Shown here: piece after piece, positions 10,176 to 19,828 of the stretch
Layout of the letters: each line of letters begins with the position of its first letter
How positions within the stretch are numbered: position 1 is the stretch's first letter
Source of the DNA: an uncultured virus (IMG/VR IMGVR_UViG_3300035698_005065)
Lineage: Duplodnaviria > Heunggongvirae > Uroviricota > Caudoviricetes
IMG/VR virus record: IMGVR_UViG_3300035698_005065
DNA length: 64,000 nt
Reading direction: 5' to 3' (one strand)
The notes under the pieces: model-generated
Told to the model about the DNA's origin: nothing
Seen by the model: only the letters and a program-made list of their open reading frames with translations
Databases searched by the model: none
Position numbers and translations under genes: made by a program

Positions 10176-11858
10176 AGAACCCGGTCATGGATGCCTAACA
10201 CGCTGAACTGGCCCGCATATGTAAACAAGAGAATATCAAAGTCTATAGGAGCAGTTATAAAAGAAGCACACGAGGAGGGTGACCTCCCAGAAGACCTACT
10301 ACAATGGGTGGATAAAGATCCTGAGGATTTACCTTCTATACGGTCCGTTGTTACGGCACCGGATGGTATGGTCTTTGTGGAGAGCGACTACAGCGCTGCG
10401 GAGAGCTTCGCGCTCGCTATCATATCTGGTGACGCGGATTTGATGCGCATCCTGTATGAGCCTGACCCGGACTGGGCTTACCTGAACAGCGACAACCCTT
10501 ACGGCGCGTCGTCGGTACGCGTGGGGTTTTCTGAAAAGTCTCCCGTTCCCGTCGAGGCGCGGGACCCAGACTTCATCATGAACGTCTGGAAAGACGGGGA
10601 GAAGCTGGGACCTGTCACTGAAGACATGCTGGCTCGCGACTCACTTGGCAATCTGAAGAAAGCCAAGTATGACACCCACTGGTCTCTTGCCGAAGCGACT
10701 TTCGATAAAGGTCGCGAGATGATGAACGAGAAGGTGCAGAGGACCGGGGCCAAGGCTATTGGGTTTTGCGTCGCGGAGGACTCTGAAGTCCTGACCCGCG
10801 ACCGTGGCGTCGTAGCTTTGCAGTCGGTCTCTCTTGACGATCTGTTATGGGACGGCGTCGAGTGGGTAAGTCATGGGGGCGTCGTCAATACAGGAGTCAA
10901 AGAAATCATCAAGTATCAAGGACTTCGAGCAACAAGGCTGCACGAAGTCTGGACGGAAGAAATCGGTAAGTGCAGGCTAGAAGAGGCTTGCGCCAGATCG
11001 CTTACGCTTGTCAGGTCCGCTGGCCCGCTCAGCATCTTGCCCGATGTTTCCAGAAATTCCAAAAAGGCGCAGGTTGTCGGGCGCGGAGACCTTGACGCGG
11101 CGTGTCGCGCGTTCATCTGCGGGAAAGCGCAAACGTATGATATCCTAGATGCTGGACCGCGACACAGGTTTACGTGTTCCGGAGTTCTTGTTTCGAACAG
11201 CGCCGCTTACGGCGCGTCGGCCGGGTCTATCGAAAGAAAGATCGAGTCCGACACGGGCATCAAACCTGAACCAGGAACTGGCGATAAGGGGCTCGACATG
11301 ATTGAGGCCCGGCAGCCTAGGGCTACGGAGTTCATGCAAGAGATGGCAGCCATACCTAAGACGCACGGAATGTATCGTGCGAAGTCGGGACGCATACGCC
11401 ACTGCCTCACGCATAGCGCTGGGTCTGGTGTTAACTGGAGGGTGAGAAACTCACTAGAGTCGTCGATGGGTCGCGAGCTCCGTAACTACCCTTTGCAGGA
11501 GTCAGTTGGAGCTACCGCCGCTAGGGCCTGCCGCATGCTGGGGGAGGCTTACCGGCGTCTTGGTCTACAAGCGCGCGGCATGACGTGCCTGTATGACTCT
11601 GTGGTTACGATGTGCCCGCCGGAAGAGCGCTTTCTAGTAGCCAGGCTGCACCAGGTTTACATGTGCGATCACAACACGTGGGACTACGATGGGCGGCTAT
11701 TGAAGTTCTCCATCGACACGGACATCGTCTACAAATGGTCCACCCCACCAAAGGGCGCAGAGAAGAAAGAACTCGAGTCCCGGGATTACCGCCCGGCGTC
11801 GGCTAAGCACAACATGCTGGAGAACTGCGCGGACATCACGATGTTCGCCGGAAGGTAG
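10176..11858 (+). CDS. polA: family A DNA polymerase, exon 2 (polymerase domain, intein-containing)
   Basis: motif A ESDYSAAE, motif B RTGAKAIGF/SAAYG split by intein, RNYPLQ, motif C-like CLYDSVV. Confidence 0.85.
   Translation, partial: RTRSWMPNTLNWPAYVNKRISKSIGAVIKEAHEEGDLPEDLLQWVDKDPEDLPSIRSVVTAPDGMVFVESDYSAAESFALAIISGDADLMRILYEPDPDWAYLNSDNPYGASSVRVGFSEKSPVPVEARDPDFIMNVWKDGEKLGPVTEDMLARDSLGNLKKAKYDTHWSLAEATFDKGREMMNEKVQRTGAKAIGFCVAEDSEVLTRDRGVVALQSVSLDDLLWDGVEWVSHGGVVNTGVKEIIKYQGLRATRLHEVWTEEIGKCRLEEACARSLTLVRSAGPLSILPDVSRNSKKAQVVGRGDLDAACRAFICGKAQTYDILDAGPRHRFTCSGVLVSNSAAYGASAGSIERKIESDTGIKPEPGTGDKGLDMIEARQPRATEFMQEMAAIPKTHGMYRAKSGRIRHCLTHSAGSGVNWRVRNSLESSMGRELRNYPLQESVGATAARACRMLGEAYRRLGLQARGMTCLYDSVVTMCPPEERFLVARLHQVYMCDHNTWDYDGRLLKFSIDTDIVYKWSTPPKGAEKKELESRDYRPASAKHNMLENCADITMFAGR
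10767..11198 (+). mobile_element. mini-intein (144 aa, no endonuclease) in polymerase motif B
   Basis: starts CVAEDSEVLT, block B ATRLHEVWT, ends TYDILDAGPRHRFTCSGVLVSN followed by +1 Ser. Confidence 0.9.
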
Positions 11859-11861
11859 ACG

Positions 11862-11901
11862 TGCAATTACGACTACGACTGCGTCATAATAATTTGATAT
11901 G
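11862..11901 (+). promoter_or_regulatory. bipartite phage promoter-like motif, copy 1
   Basis: TGCAATTA-N9-CTGCGTCATAATAATTTGATATG, near-identical to 34272-34311. Confidence 0.65.
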
Positions 11902-12096
11902 GACATTCTTATGATGCTCGTCTGTGCGCTCTCGGCGGTTGCTTTTGCGGCCTTCCTTGTATGCGCAGTCTCCTTCGCGGCCACCGCCGTCGCCGCCTCT
12001 CTTGGCGGTATCGCTTCCGTGGCCGTATCCTGGCTACCAACCATTGCGTGTCTCGGAGGCGTTGCCTTCGTAGCGAGCCTGACTGGTTACAGTTAG
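11899..12096 (+). CDS. small hydrophobic membrane protein
   Basis: 65 aa, almost entirely hydrophobic; starts at the shared promoter motif. Confidence 0.6.
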   Translation: MDILMMLVCALSAVAFAAFLVCAVSFAATAVAASLGGIASVAVSWLPTIACLGGVAFVASLTGYS

Positions 12097-12157
12097 GCGC
12101 AACCAACCAACCAACCAAATATATCCAACATCGGGAGAGCTTACAACTCTCCCGCTG

Positions 12158-12196
12158 TTGACTTCTTTACCTAGCGCGAATTAAGGTGCACGCATG
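12158..12196 (+). promoter_or_regulatory. sigma70-like promoter, likely leaderless
   Basis: TTGACT-N18-TAAGGT-6 nt-ATG; contains TCTTTACCTAGCGC shared with 35550. Confidence 0.5.
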
Positions 12197-12688
12197 GACC
12201 TCCCCGCAGTAACGCCCGAGATGCTTAAGCAGCTGAGCACCCCCCAGAATAACCTGTCTAGCTACTCTTCGTGCTTGTGCGGTAAGCAGCTGAACGTGAC
12301 CGAGAGCACTAGGCCTTGGTACAGCGGGATCGTGAACTACCCGGAGCTCATGTGCTTGGAATGCCGAGTCGAGTTTGAGAACATGCCTCGCATAGTGTGC
12401 GTTGGGTGCAAGTCTCTCATGGGTTTCATGACCCCCGGCAGGCAGAAAACTGGCTTCGTGTTTGAGAGAATGCGTCACTACCACATAGCAGACTGCCCGA
12501 AGTGCAACTCGGCCGCAGTGTCTACTCCTATCCTTGAGCATGAGAGGTTTTGTCGGGATGGTCGCATACCCACTCGTCGTAACTTAGATTTAGTTGAGGA
12601 AATTCAACAAAAACACTTGAATGCTTCTAAGGAAGCTGACAATCTACGATCCGAGTTCGAAAAGGACTCTCATCGTAATGATCATTAA
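12194..12688 (+). CDS. Cys-rich zinc-binding protein
   Basis: CLC, CLEC, CVGC, CPKC pairs. Confidence 0.7.
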   Translation: MDLPAVTPEMLKQLSTPQNNLSSYSSCLCGKQLNVTESTRPWYSGIVNYPELMCLECRVEFENMPRIVCVGCKSLMGFMTPGRQKTGFVFERMRHYHIADCPKCNSAAVSTPILEHERFCRDGRIPTRRNLDLVEEIQQKHLNASKEADNLRSEFEKDSHRNDH

Positions 12689-13304
12689 ACCAAGAAAGAC
12701 AGCGCAGCGCATGCTAGCTCAGCGCATCACCGCTCCTGAATTCAGAGAGAATCGCAAAACCGGAGCTGTGACCCTGCTCCTGTCTTTTGCGAACGTTCGA
12801 AGCGACCAGTGTCACTACCCGACTACAAAAGAGCTCTTCTTGTATGCGGCGGGTAGTGCTGAAGAAGGGGAGGCCCCCGACGGTCTGGACATTTTGCTGA
12901 AGCACCAGTTTAACGTGCACCTCAACAACAACGACAACGATAAAGCCAGGGCCATCGGTATCGATATCATACCCAAGAATGTCCTAGCGCACAAAATGGT
13001 GGCCTTGTCGCAGGTCGAAAACAAGACCGTAGTCGTCGAGTGGCTCTTAGACGGTGCGGTCTGTCGCATCACTAAAACCCCACCTAACACGACCGCGTCT
13101 TTACTGCAAAAGCTCGTGTTAGACCTGGACGCTTTGATCAACGCCGAGACCGAATTCGCGGCCGGAACAAAGATCGGATCATCCGGAACTGTCGTAAGCG
13201 TAGGCGTGAACACAATGGAGGTTCGCATAAAGCCCGGAGCTAAGGCTGCTTCGGTCTCTTCGCAGGCAGTCGACGCCCAGGCAATCGCTTCAGAATCAGA
13301 CTAA
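12678..13304 (+). CDS. hypothetical protein
   Basis: ORF overlapping the upstream stop, followed by hairpin. Confidence 0.7.
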   Translation: MIIKPRKTAQRMLAQRITAPEFRENRKTGAVTLLLSFANVRSDQCHYPTTKELFLYAAGSAEEGEAPDGLDILLKHQFNVHLNNNDNDKARAIGIDIIPKNVLAHKMVALSQVENKTVVVEWLLDGAVCRITKTPPNTTASLLQKLVLDLDALINAETEFAAGTKIGSSGTVVSVGVNTMEVRIKPGAKAASVSSQAVDAQAIASESD

Positions 13305-13314
13305 CAAAACAACC

Positions 13315-13346
13315 GGAAAGGGCGGACATTCACGTCTGCCCTTTCC
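13315..13346 (+). terminator. intergenic hairpin / terminator
   Basis: GGAAAGGGCGGAC-loop-GTCTGCCCTTTCC. Confidence 0.55.
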
Positions 13347-13365
13347 ATCTAAAAAAAATACTACT

Positions 13366-14979
13366 ATGGCTAAATTTATTCCAATCACCGACGAAACTAA
13401 GATCTGGGGAGAGGGCGACTATCGCCCGCTGCTCTCAAAGAAACTTCGTGGACTCGGCTACAGCATCGAGATGATCGGCGCCGGCTCCGTAAAGGAACAG
13501 CTTGACACTATCATCCTCCCTTCGCACGACTACTACAACCTAGACACCGAGGACCAGGCCTTCCCTACATCCGTCGCTCCGTGCTGGACTGATGTCACCG
13601 ATGCGCACGACGGCAGGCACTTCGCTCCGTCTTCTTGGGCGGTCCCCCTCATCGTCTACCCGTTCTTGGGTGAGAAAAAGGAGCACTGGCTGTCCCCTCA
13701 GAACCGAGGAAACATGATCGGCGGAGGCGAATGCGGTCGCGATCAGTTGGCGGACGCATTCGACGATCTCAAAACCTGGGTCAGGTTTCACAAAGAGTTC
13801 ACCAAAGACCAGAAAGATTTCTTCTTGTCCAAGCCTGACGCTCGCACCGACGCTCTCGTTCCCAACCGATCGTCGCGATACGTTTCTCTCGGTTACGGGA
13901 GCGACAACAAGAACAAGGAAAAGCGTATGCAGGTCCTTCTCTACACCGGCACGGCGCACTCCTACGTCGTGGAGCAGCTCAGATGGCTTCACGAGGGTAA
14001 CGCGCAGCCTCGTGATCCGAACTACCCGCGCTATCTCATCGGAGACCCCACCAACCCTAAGAAGGCGCTTCCGTTTCACGTCTCCAAATTCAAGGTTGAC
14101 GCCAAGGATAACACGGAGACAAACGTGCTGTGCCTGACCGAGTCTCGGGGATACCTCGACGATCGTCCAAAGGAGACGACCATCACGGATGATGTCCTCG
14201 CGAAGCGTTTCCCGCTGTGCGACCCGAACAACTGGAACTTCCCCACCTACGAGGAACAAGTGGAATACATGGTGAACAGCTACGCGGAGGAGGTCACTAC
14301 GGAGATGATCCGAGAGGCGTGCGGGCATCGCTGTGAAATTCCTGAGCGCCGCAAGCGCTCGTTGATCTCTAACTCTCCCGCGGCGTCTAAGCCCGCGGCG
14401 AGCTTCGTGGATCCGCTTTCCGCTGTTACAGGCGGGGCGTCCGAATCCTTCGTCCCCGCGCAAGGGGCCCCCGTGGACAAAGCGCCTGCGTCAGCTCCTG
14501 TAGAGAGATCCCCAGATCCTGGCCCGGCTAAGGAAAGCGGCGAAAAGTATTGGTCCGGCGTTAAAGGTGAGGCCCCCAAGAAGCGCACCTGCGCTGAGCT
14601 ACAGCAAGTCTACGAATCCGGGAAAGCCGACAACTACAAAGTTTGCGTCGACGGGTCCACTTGGGTAGGTATCGCTGTGTGTGGTCTGTTTGAGATCGCA
14701 CGCCCTACGGAGGATGCACCGCCGCCCATGGAGGACACGCCACCTGCTATGGAGGACACACCGCCGCCTATGGGCGGGTCCGACCAGGAAAGCCCGGAGG
14801 ATGCTATCCTTAAGATCCGCCGCAACCCGTTTGACGACGACGCTTACGCCGCACTCTCCGAGGACGTGAAGGCGTCCGTTGATAGCTGGGCACGCCGTGT
14901 CTACGAAGTAACCGGAGGAGACGCATCCGTCCAAGTCCCGCAGCCTCTCCTTGATGAGGTGATCCTACTCCTGGACTAA
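13366..14979 (+). CDS. hypothetical protein, possible ssDNA-binding/recombination protein
   Basis: 537 aa beside RecA; acidic Pro-rich C-terminus with MEDTPP tandem repeats; function is a positional guess. Confidence 0.7.
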   Translation: MAKFIPITDETKIWGEGDYRPLLSKKLRGLGYSIEMIGAGSVKEQLDTIILPSHDYYNLDTEDQAFPTSVAPCWTDVTDAHDGRHFAPSSWAVPLIVYPFLGEKKEHWLSPQNRGNMIGGGECGRDQLADAFDDLKTWVRFHKEFTKDQKDFFLSKPDARTDALVPNRSSRYVSLGYGSDNKNKEKRMQVLLYTGTAHSYVVEQLRWLHEGNAQPRDPNYPRYLIGDPTNPKKALPFHVSKFKVDAKDNTETNVLCLTESRGYLDDRPKETTITDDVLAKRFPLCDPNNWNFPTYEEQVEYMVNSYAEEVTTEMIREACGHRCEIPERRKRSLISNSPAASKPAASFVDPLSAVTGGASESFVPAQGAPVDKAPASAPVERSPDPGPAKESGEKYWSGVKGEAPKKRTCAELQQVYESGKADNYKVCVDGSTWVGIAVCGLFEIARPTEDAPPPMEDTPPAMEDTPPPMGGSDQESPEDAILKIRRNPFDDDAYAALSEDVKASVDSWARRVYEVTGGDASVQVPQPLLDEVILLLD

Positions 14980-15009
14980 CACAAGAGAGCGCACACGCAC
15001 TCTACTACC

Positions 15010-15041
15010 AAAGGCCGAGCAGCCCCGCTGCTCGGCCTTTT
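15010..15041 (+). terminator. rho-independent terminator
   Basis: AAAGGCCGAGCAGC-CCC-GCTGCTCGGCCTTTT. Confidence 0.7.
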
Positions 15042-15067
15042 CTAACTTTTACCCATCTCAAATTACT

Positions 15068-16705
15068 ATGAACGAAAACGAAAAGACTTCAGAAAAGGAG
15101 CCGGAGGAAAATAAAACCACCGCCACATCAGCGGAAATCTCATTGAAGATATACGAAACCATTAAGGCAGCCAACGATAAGACAGCCAACGATAAGGTAG
15201 CCAAGAGGGTGCCCGCCAAGAAAGCCGCTAAGAAAGCCGCTAAAAAGGTCGCAGCCAAGAAGGTCGCTAAAAAGGCAGCCAAAAAGGCAGCCAAGAAAAG
15301 ACCGTCCTACAAACCCGACCTTTTGAGTTCCAAGAATCAAACCATCAAGCGTCGCATAACGTCCGATAACCAAGGAAAAGTTCTGCACAGCATGGCGGAG
15401 AACGTGAACAAAACGATGGACATCTTGAACGAGAGGTCCGCCAAGCGGCCCGTCCGCTTATACACGCCCTCAATGCTACGTAAGACACTTTTTCCGTTCG
15501 AGGAGATCGGCATGCAGAACGTCATCGGATGCATCGGTCTGCGCACGCCTACCGCCATCGAGATGGTAGCCCCAGACTCCGTAGGGAAGACCACATGGAT
15601 ATTCGACTTCTTGGGGAGGGCGTCCATGATGGGCTGCTACTCCCTCTATATCGAGTGCGAGAACAAACAGATGAAGCCGGAGCACATCTCCAGGATCCTG
15701 CACAAAAACAAGAAGACGGCCGCGCTTCTCCTGAATACTATCGAGTTCTCCAGCGCCCGACAGCTTGTCGAGTGTGACAACACGATCAAGCAAACCGTTC
15801 CCGAGCTTCGCAAGAGATGCGACGAGAACCCGGAGACGAAGGGCAACCCCATATTCGTGGTGGTCGACCCTTGGTCCAGCCTTAAGTCTTCCGCGGAGGC
15901 CGTGGGTCGATCAAGCTGGGGCTTACCGGCGAACGCTAAGAAAGAGGCGCCGAAAGACGCCCTCTCTGGGTCCAATATGGGGCACTCAAAACACGCTCAG
16001 GTCACTAAGCGAGAGATGGGAGAGTTCATGGATGAGTATAACTGCGTCATGATCTACGTAAACCACCAGAACGAGCGCGTCGATATGAAGAAATCCCTAC
16101 CTTCATTCATGACACCTTCCGAGACTAAAAACGACACGCGCATCGGCGGGCGGGCGTTCCGTCAGTTCTGCGCCTACAGGTTCACGCTGATGGGCGTCGG
16201 GGACATTAAGGAAAAGTCAGGAGATAAACTCACATACGGGCAGAACGTCCGCCTGACGATGATCAAGAATAGCTACGGGGCAAAGCTCCGACAGTGCGAC
16301 TTCGCGCTTTACTATGACAAATACGAAGACACCAAGGAAACCTACGGGCGCCCGTTGTCCTACGCCCCCGGGTTTGCCTCGTTTATGGTCAAGCGCGGAC
16401 TTCTCGGGACGACCGTCAACACCGCCAACATGTCCGCAGGTCCCCGCTACACGTGCGACGTGCTTGGATGCGTAGCCGTCACCGACGAGGCGTTGTACGC
16501 CGCTCTATACGCAAACCCGAACGAGTTGGAATTCGTCGGTGCAGCGCTCGGCATTGAAGGCTACGAGGAGCCGGTAGACGAGGAAAAGCCACCGGATGAA
16601 GATGACGACGATCTCGACGAGATTGCCGGTATGGTCGAGGGGCTAGTTGAGGCGACCGCAGACGAGCAGGGAGAGGCAGAGGAGAAGCCACCAACAATAC
16701 AGTAA
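15068..16705 (+). CDS. RecA/UvsX-like recombinase with N-terminal histone-like KKAAKK repeats
   Basis: APDSVGKTT Walker A, YIECE, VVVDPWS Walker B, YVNHQ, GGRAFRQF, IKNSYG. Confidence 0.8.
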   Translation: MNENEKTSEKEPEENKTTATSAEISLKIYETIKAANDKTANDKVAKRVPAKKAAKKAAKKVAAKKVAKKAAKKAAKKRPSYKPDLLSSKNQTIKRRITSDNQGKVLHSMAENVNKTMDILNERSAKRPVRLYTPSMLRKTLFPFEEIGMQNVIGCIGLRTPTAIEMVAPDSVGKTTWIFDFLGRASMMGCYSLYIECENKQMKPEHISRILHKNKKTAALLLNTIEFSSARQLVECDNTIKQTVPELRKRCDENPETKGNPIFVVVDPWSSLKSSAEAVGRSSWGLPANAKKEAPKDALSGSNMGHSKHAQVTKREMGEFMDEYNCVMIYVNHQNERVDMKKSLPSFMTPSETKNDTRIGGRAFRQFCAYRFTLMGVGDIKEKSGDKLTYGQNVRLTMIKNSYGAKLRQCDFALYYDKYEDTKETYGRPLSYAPGFASFMVKRGLLGTTVNTANMSAGPRYTCDVLGCVAVTDEALYAALYANPNELEFVGAALGIEGYEEPVDEEKPPDEDDDDLDEIAGMVEGLVEATADEQGEAEEKPPTIQ

Positions 16706-17184
16706 TGCCACCACGTAAGAAAATAACACCCAAGGTAGTGAAGGCCTCCGGAACCGGAGTAGCCCGCACTCTAGCCTCCATACTCGGCGTGTCCCCTCTA
16801 GAGACCGTTGAAGAAGTATGCGAGCGCTACTCAGAAATGGACGGAATTCCCCCGTATCAAAGTATGCTCGTGTCCGAAGTTGTCGGCCTGTATGCCTGGG
16901 AAGTGGATGTCGCCAACAGCATCATGAACTCTAAGCCGGGAATGGTTTCCGAGTTCGTTGACGAGATGCTGTGCTCGTCCGGGGAAGTGTGGGTCGTAAA
17001 AGACACGCAGCGAAGCGGCAAAGACGCCATATGGCTCGTTGCCGCTTCGAGCCAACGAGACACACCGTTCATCAGGTCGGTGTGGAATCTCCCCATACGC
17101 GGGATATTCCACACCGTAGTCACCGAAGACGGAAGAACTAGCGTCGTAACCGCAGTCCAATTATCATCATGCCACCAGCTGTAA
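16705..17184 (+). CDS. hypothetical protein
   Basis: ORF coupled between RecA-like and RecQ genes. Confidence 0.65.
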   Translation: MPPRKKITPKVVKASGTGVARTLASILGVSPLETVEEVCERYSEMDGIPPYQSMLVSEVVGLYAWEVDVANSIMNSKPGMVSEFVDEMLCSSGEVWVVKDTQRSGKDAIWLVAASSQRDTPFIRSVWNLPIRGIFHTVVTEDGRTSVVTAVQLSSCHQL

Positions 17185-18887
17185 AAAAAACATCGTCGAA
17201 AGACATCAAGATCGAATCTAGAAAAGAAGTCGCTACCATGGGTCAAGTGAAAGCATATGCAGAGGGTATGAAGAAGATGCCCTACGTCCTGAATCAACTC
17301 GGGTTCGAAAGCCTCCGACCAGGTCAGGACCGCGCGGTCAAATCCATCATGACGGGCCGAGATTCCGTGGTGATACTGCCGACTTCCTTAGGTAAGTCCG
17401 CATGCTTCGTGGTCCCCACGTTGTGCATGGGGTGGAAGACTATCATCATATACCCGCTTATCGCCCTGATGAGGGATCAGTCAACCTCGATGCAGCGCAA
17501 AGGACTGGCCGCTGCGACGATATCCAGCGCCGAGACTGACGGGCACAACGCTTCGGTCCTCCGGGATTGGGCGGCGGGCGACCTGCAGTTTATGCTCGTC
17601 TCCCCGGAGCGATTCGCCAACCCGGAGTGGGCTAACGTGGTGCGACAGTATCCTCCTGATTTCGTAGCCCTCGACGAGTGCCACACATTCGCGGACTGGG
17701 CCGACACCTTCCGTCCCGGCTATAAGTCCGCGGGCCTCATGATTCAGGACGTCGCTCCCAAAGTTGTCGCAGCTTTCTCAGCTACGCTCTCGTCCGACGC
17801 TGAGGCTGAATGCCGAGCCGGTCTTGGTATCGAGGGGGCGGAGTTAATCTACCACTACCCGAGACGGACTAACCTGCACCTGTCGTCCCTATTCACCGAA
17901 AATCAATCCGACCAGTATCAATGGTTGCTTGAGAACTGCCCGGGGGCGACGATTGTTTACGCGTCCACTACAAAGCGCGTGGAGCTCTACGCGTCCACCC
18001 TGCAGTCTTACACAGATCGGGACATCCTGTTCTACCACGGAAAGATGTCCACGAAAGATCGAACTTACCAGCAGGACAAGTTCATGGCGTCTCCGGACGC
18101 TATCATCGTAGCCACGTGCGCCTTCGGTATGGGCGTAGACAAGGGCGACATTAGGTCCGTAGTCCACTTCGACATACCAGGGACGCTAGTGGCTTACACG
18201 CAAGAGTTCGGGCGCGCAGGTCGGGACGGTGCGGATTCTTTCTGCACGATTATTCCGACCAAGGAGGGCGTTCGCACGCAGCGACACTTCATCCGATGCG
18301 GTAGTCCGTCCCAGGAAGACATACGGAAATTCTGGGCCGCAGCCAAGAGTATGCGCGAGGGATCCAGCGGTATTATTACGGCGAAGCGTGACGACATAGC
18401 CCGACAAGCTGGCGTCGATACATTCGCGGTGCAGTCGATAATGGCTTTCTGCCACGGCGAACGCATGTTCATTAATGACGAGAGTGCCGCACGCAAGTCA
18501 CGCGTCCGTTTCGCTGAGAACATTCCGTCCCTCACTCCTACGGACAAGAAAGCGCGAGACGCCATTTATGATATCGGATTGGAAGGGGATGACGGGTGGG
18601 TTCAGATAAACTTGGACGAGCTGGCCGAGCAACTCAGTCGGGCGCCCCAGACGGTAGCCGGCCATCTGCGTAAGATGAGCAGCGACGGTAAGATCGAGTG
18701 GGTTAGGCCGTCGACTTCAAAGCCCCTCAGGCTGGGCCTGTCACCCGATGACATCCCGGCGGAGGCATTCCGACGGCTCGACGACAAGGCTAGGTCCGCC
18801 GAGGCCGATCTGCAGCTGGTTTTGACTTACGCGAACCAGTCAGACGACATGAAGCACACGTTTCTGGAACAACACTTGAATCGATGA
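17169..18887 (+). CDS. recQ: RecQ-family DNA helicase
   Basis: LRPGQ, LPTSLGKS, SPERF, DECH, FRPGY, SAT, ATCAFGMGVDK, QEFGRAGRDG. Confidence 0.9.
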   Translation: MPPAVKKTSSKDIKIESRKEVATMGQVKAYAEGMKKMPYVLNQLGFESLRPGQDRAVKSIMTGRDSVVILPTSLGKSACFVVPTLCMGWKTIIIYPLIALMRDQSTSMQRKGLAAATISSAETDGHNASVLRDWAAGDLQFMLVSPERFANPEWANVVRQYPPDFVALDECHTFADWADTFRPGYKSAGLMIQDVAPKVVAAFSATLSSDAEAECRAGLGIEGAELIYHYPRRTNLHLSSLFTENQSDQYQWLLENCPGATIVYASTTKRVELYASTLQSYTDRDILFYHGKMSTKDRTYQQDKFMASPDAIIVATCAFGMGVDKGDIRSVVHFDIPGTLVAYTQEFGRAGRDGADSFCTIIPTKEGVRTQRHFIRCGSPSQEDIRKFWAAAKSMREGSSGIITAKRDDIARQAGVDTFAVQSIMAFCHGERMFINDESAARKSRVRFAENIPSLTPTDKKARDAIYDIGLEGDDGWVQINLDELAEQLSRAPQTVAGHLRKMSSDGKIEWVRPSTSKPLRLGLSPDDIPAEAFRRLDDKARSAEADLQLVLTYANQSDDMKHTFLEQHLNR

Positions 18888-19114
18888 ACACGCAAGAATC
18901 ACCACCAACTACCGCCACGCCCCAAAAGTTCCAACGATTAAGGGCGTATCATCATCGCCTTGTTCGCTCCGTCCGTTGGCTTTTAGTGAGGAGGCTGGCG
19001 ATTAAACCCCACCCAGTTTACGCAAAAGACCCAGCATACCGGCCAAGCGGTTGTGCGGCAAAGCAAATGAGATTTGAATGGCAAACGATGCCTCAAAACT
19101 GGCGCTGGTTCTAA
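18884..19114 (+). CDS. small hypothetical protein
   Basis: ATGA overlap with recQ; contains attC-like half site CTTGTTCG. Confidence 0.5.
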   Translation: MNTQESPPTTATPQKFQRLRAYHHRLVRSVRWLLVRRLAIKPHPVYAKDPAYRPSGCAAKQMRFEWQTMPQNWRWF

Positions 19115-19136
19115 GCGCGAACGCTTAAATCCTACC

Positions 19137-19532
19137 ATGAATACCGCGCAAAATAACTCCGAAATCGCCAATAACTCCGACGCGGTAGTCATTGGCAGCG
19201 ATGCCTTGTTCTCTGGTTTCTGGACAGTTTCGAACGCTGACGGCAGGGATTACGACGGCGAGCAACCAATAGAGATATATGATCACCCCGAGCGCGGTCT
19301 GTGCGTTTGGTTTGATGATTACGCACCCGGGGACTCGACGCTATTTTCGGGCAACGGTCACGTTCCGGTCTTGATGTCAGGTCTTTTATTTTCCCCAGAG
19401 AACGTCCAAGGTGTGGCACCGCTACCAGCGGGAGCCGACTCCGAAAACAGGGTTGAGGTTGTGGCTACGCAGGATCATGTAAACAGTGGGGCTGGTGGCG
19501 GTTGTCCACCACCGTCTTGTTCTCCTTCTTAA
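19137..19532 (+). CDS. hypothetical protein, C-terminus encoded by attC-like palindrome
   Basis: ORF runs through palindrome 19398-19524. Confidence 0.55.
   Translation: MNTAQNNSEIANNSDAVVIGSDALFSGFWTVSNADGRDYDGEQPIEIYDHPERGLCVWFDDYAPGDSTLFSGNGHVPVLMSGLLFSPENVQGVAPLPAGADSENRVEVVATQDHVNSGAGGGCPPPSCSPS
19398..19524 (-). repeat. attC-like imperfect palindrome A
   Basis: GAGAAC..GTTCTC ends; inner arms CCGCTACCAGC/GCTGGTGGCGG; on - strand reads GAACAAGACGG...CTTGGACGTTCTC. Confidence 0.65.
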
Positions 19533-19594
19533 TTTTCTTAGGCGTCACCTGCCTTTGAGTGGTGAGTTCGGAATGCAAGACCGCTAAAAACAAA

Positions 19595-19828
19595 ATGAAT
19601 ATTAAAACTAGAATATCTGTTCGGATCGAGACAGTGGATGTCGAGACAGGCGAGGTCATGTCAGCCGAAAATCACCCGCATGAGTTTCCGTGCCCATCAC
19701 TCGACGGTCGAGTTGGTGATAAAATAGACATAACAACTCTTGGTCGTGTGGTCGCCGCCACCGCCGCCGCCCTTGCAGCCGAGCTTCAACATGGCGGCCT
19801 CGACAGCTCTGGCGTCAGTGTCTGTTGA
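19595..19828 (+). CDS. small hypothetical protein overlapping the - strand cassette gene
   Basis: phage-typical leader AAAAACAAAATG; 3' half is antisense to 19697-19993. Confidence 0.4.
   Translation: MNIKTRISVRIETVDVETGEVMSAENHPHEFPCPSLDGRVGDKIDITTLGRVVAATAAALAAELQHGGLDSSGVSVC

Noticed and set aside
9487..10190. Polymerase as two separate genes or a pseudogene
   Set aside because: Group I intron core and in-frame exon junction explain the break.
13540..14463. Long - strand ORFs (307 aa here; also 34645-35445, 36447-37064, 60511-61056)
   Set aside because: They are antisense shadows of well-supported + strand genes, with no recognisable motifs.
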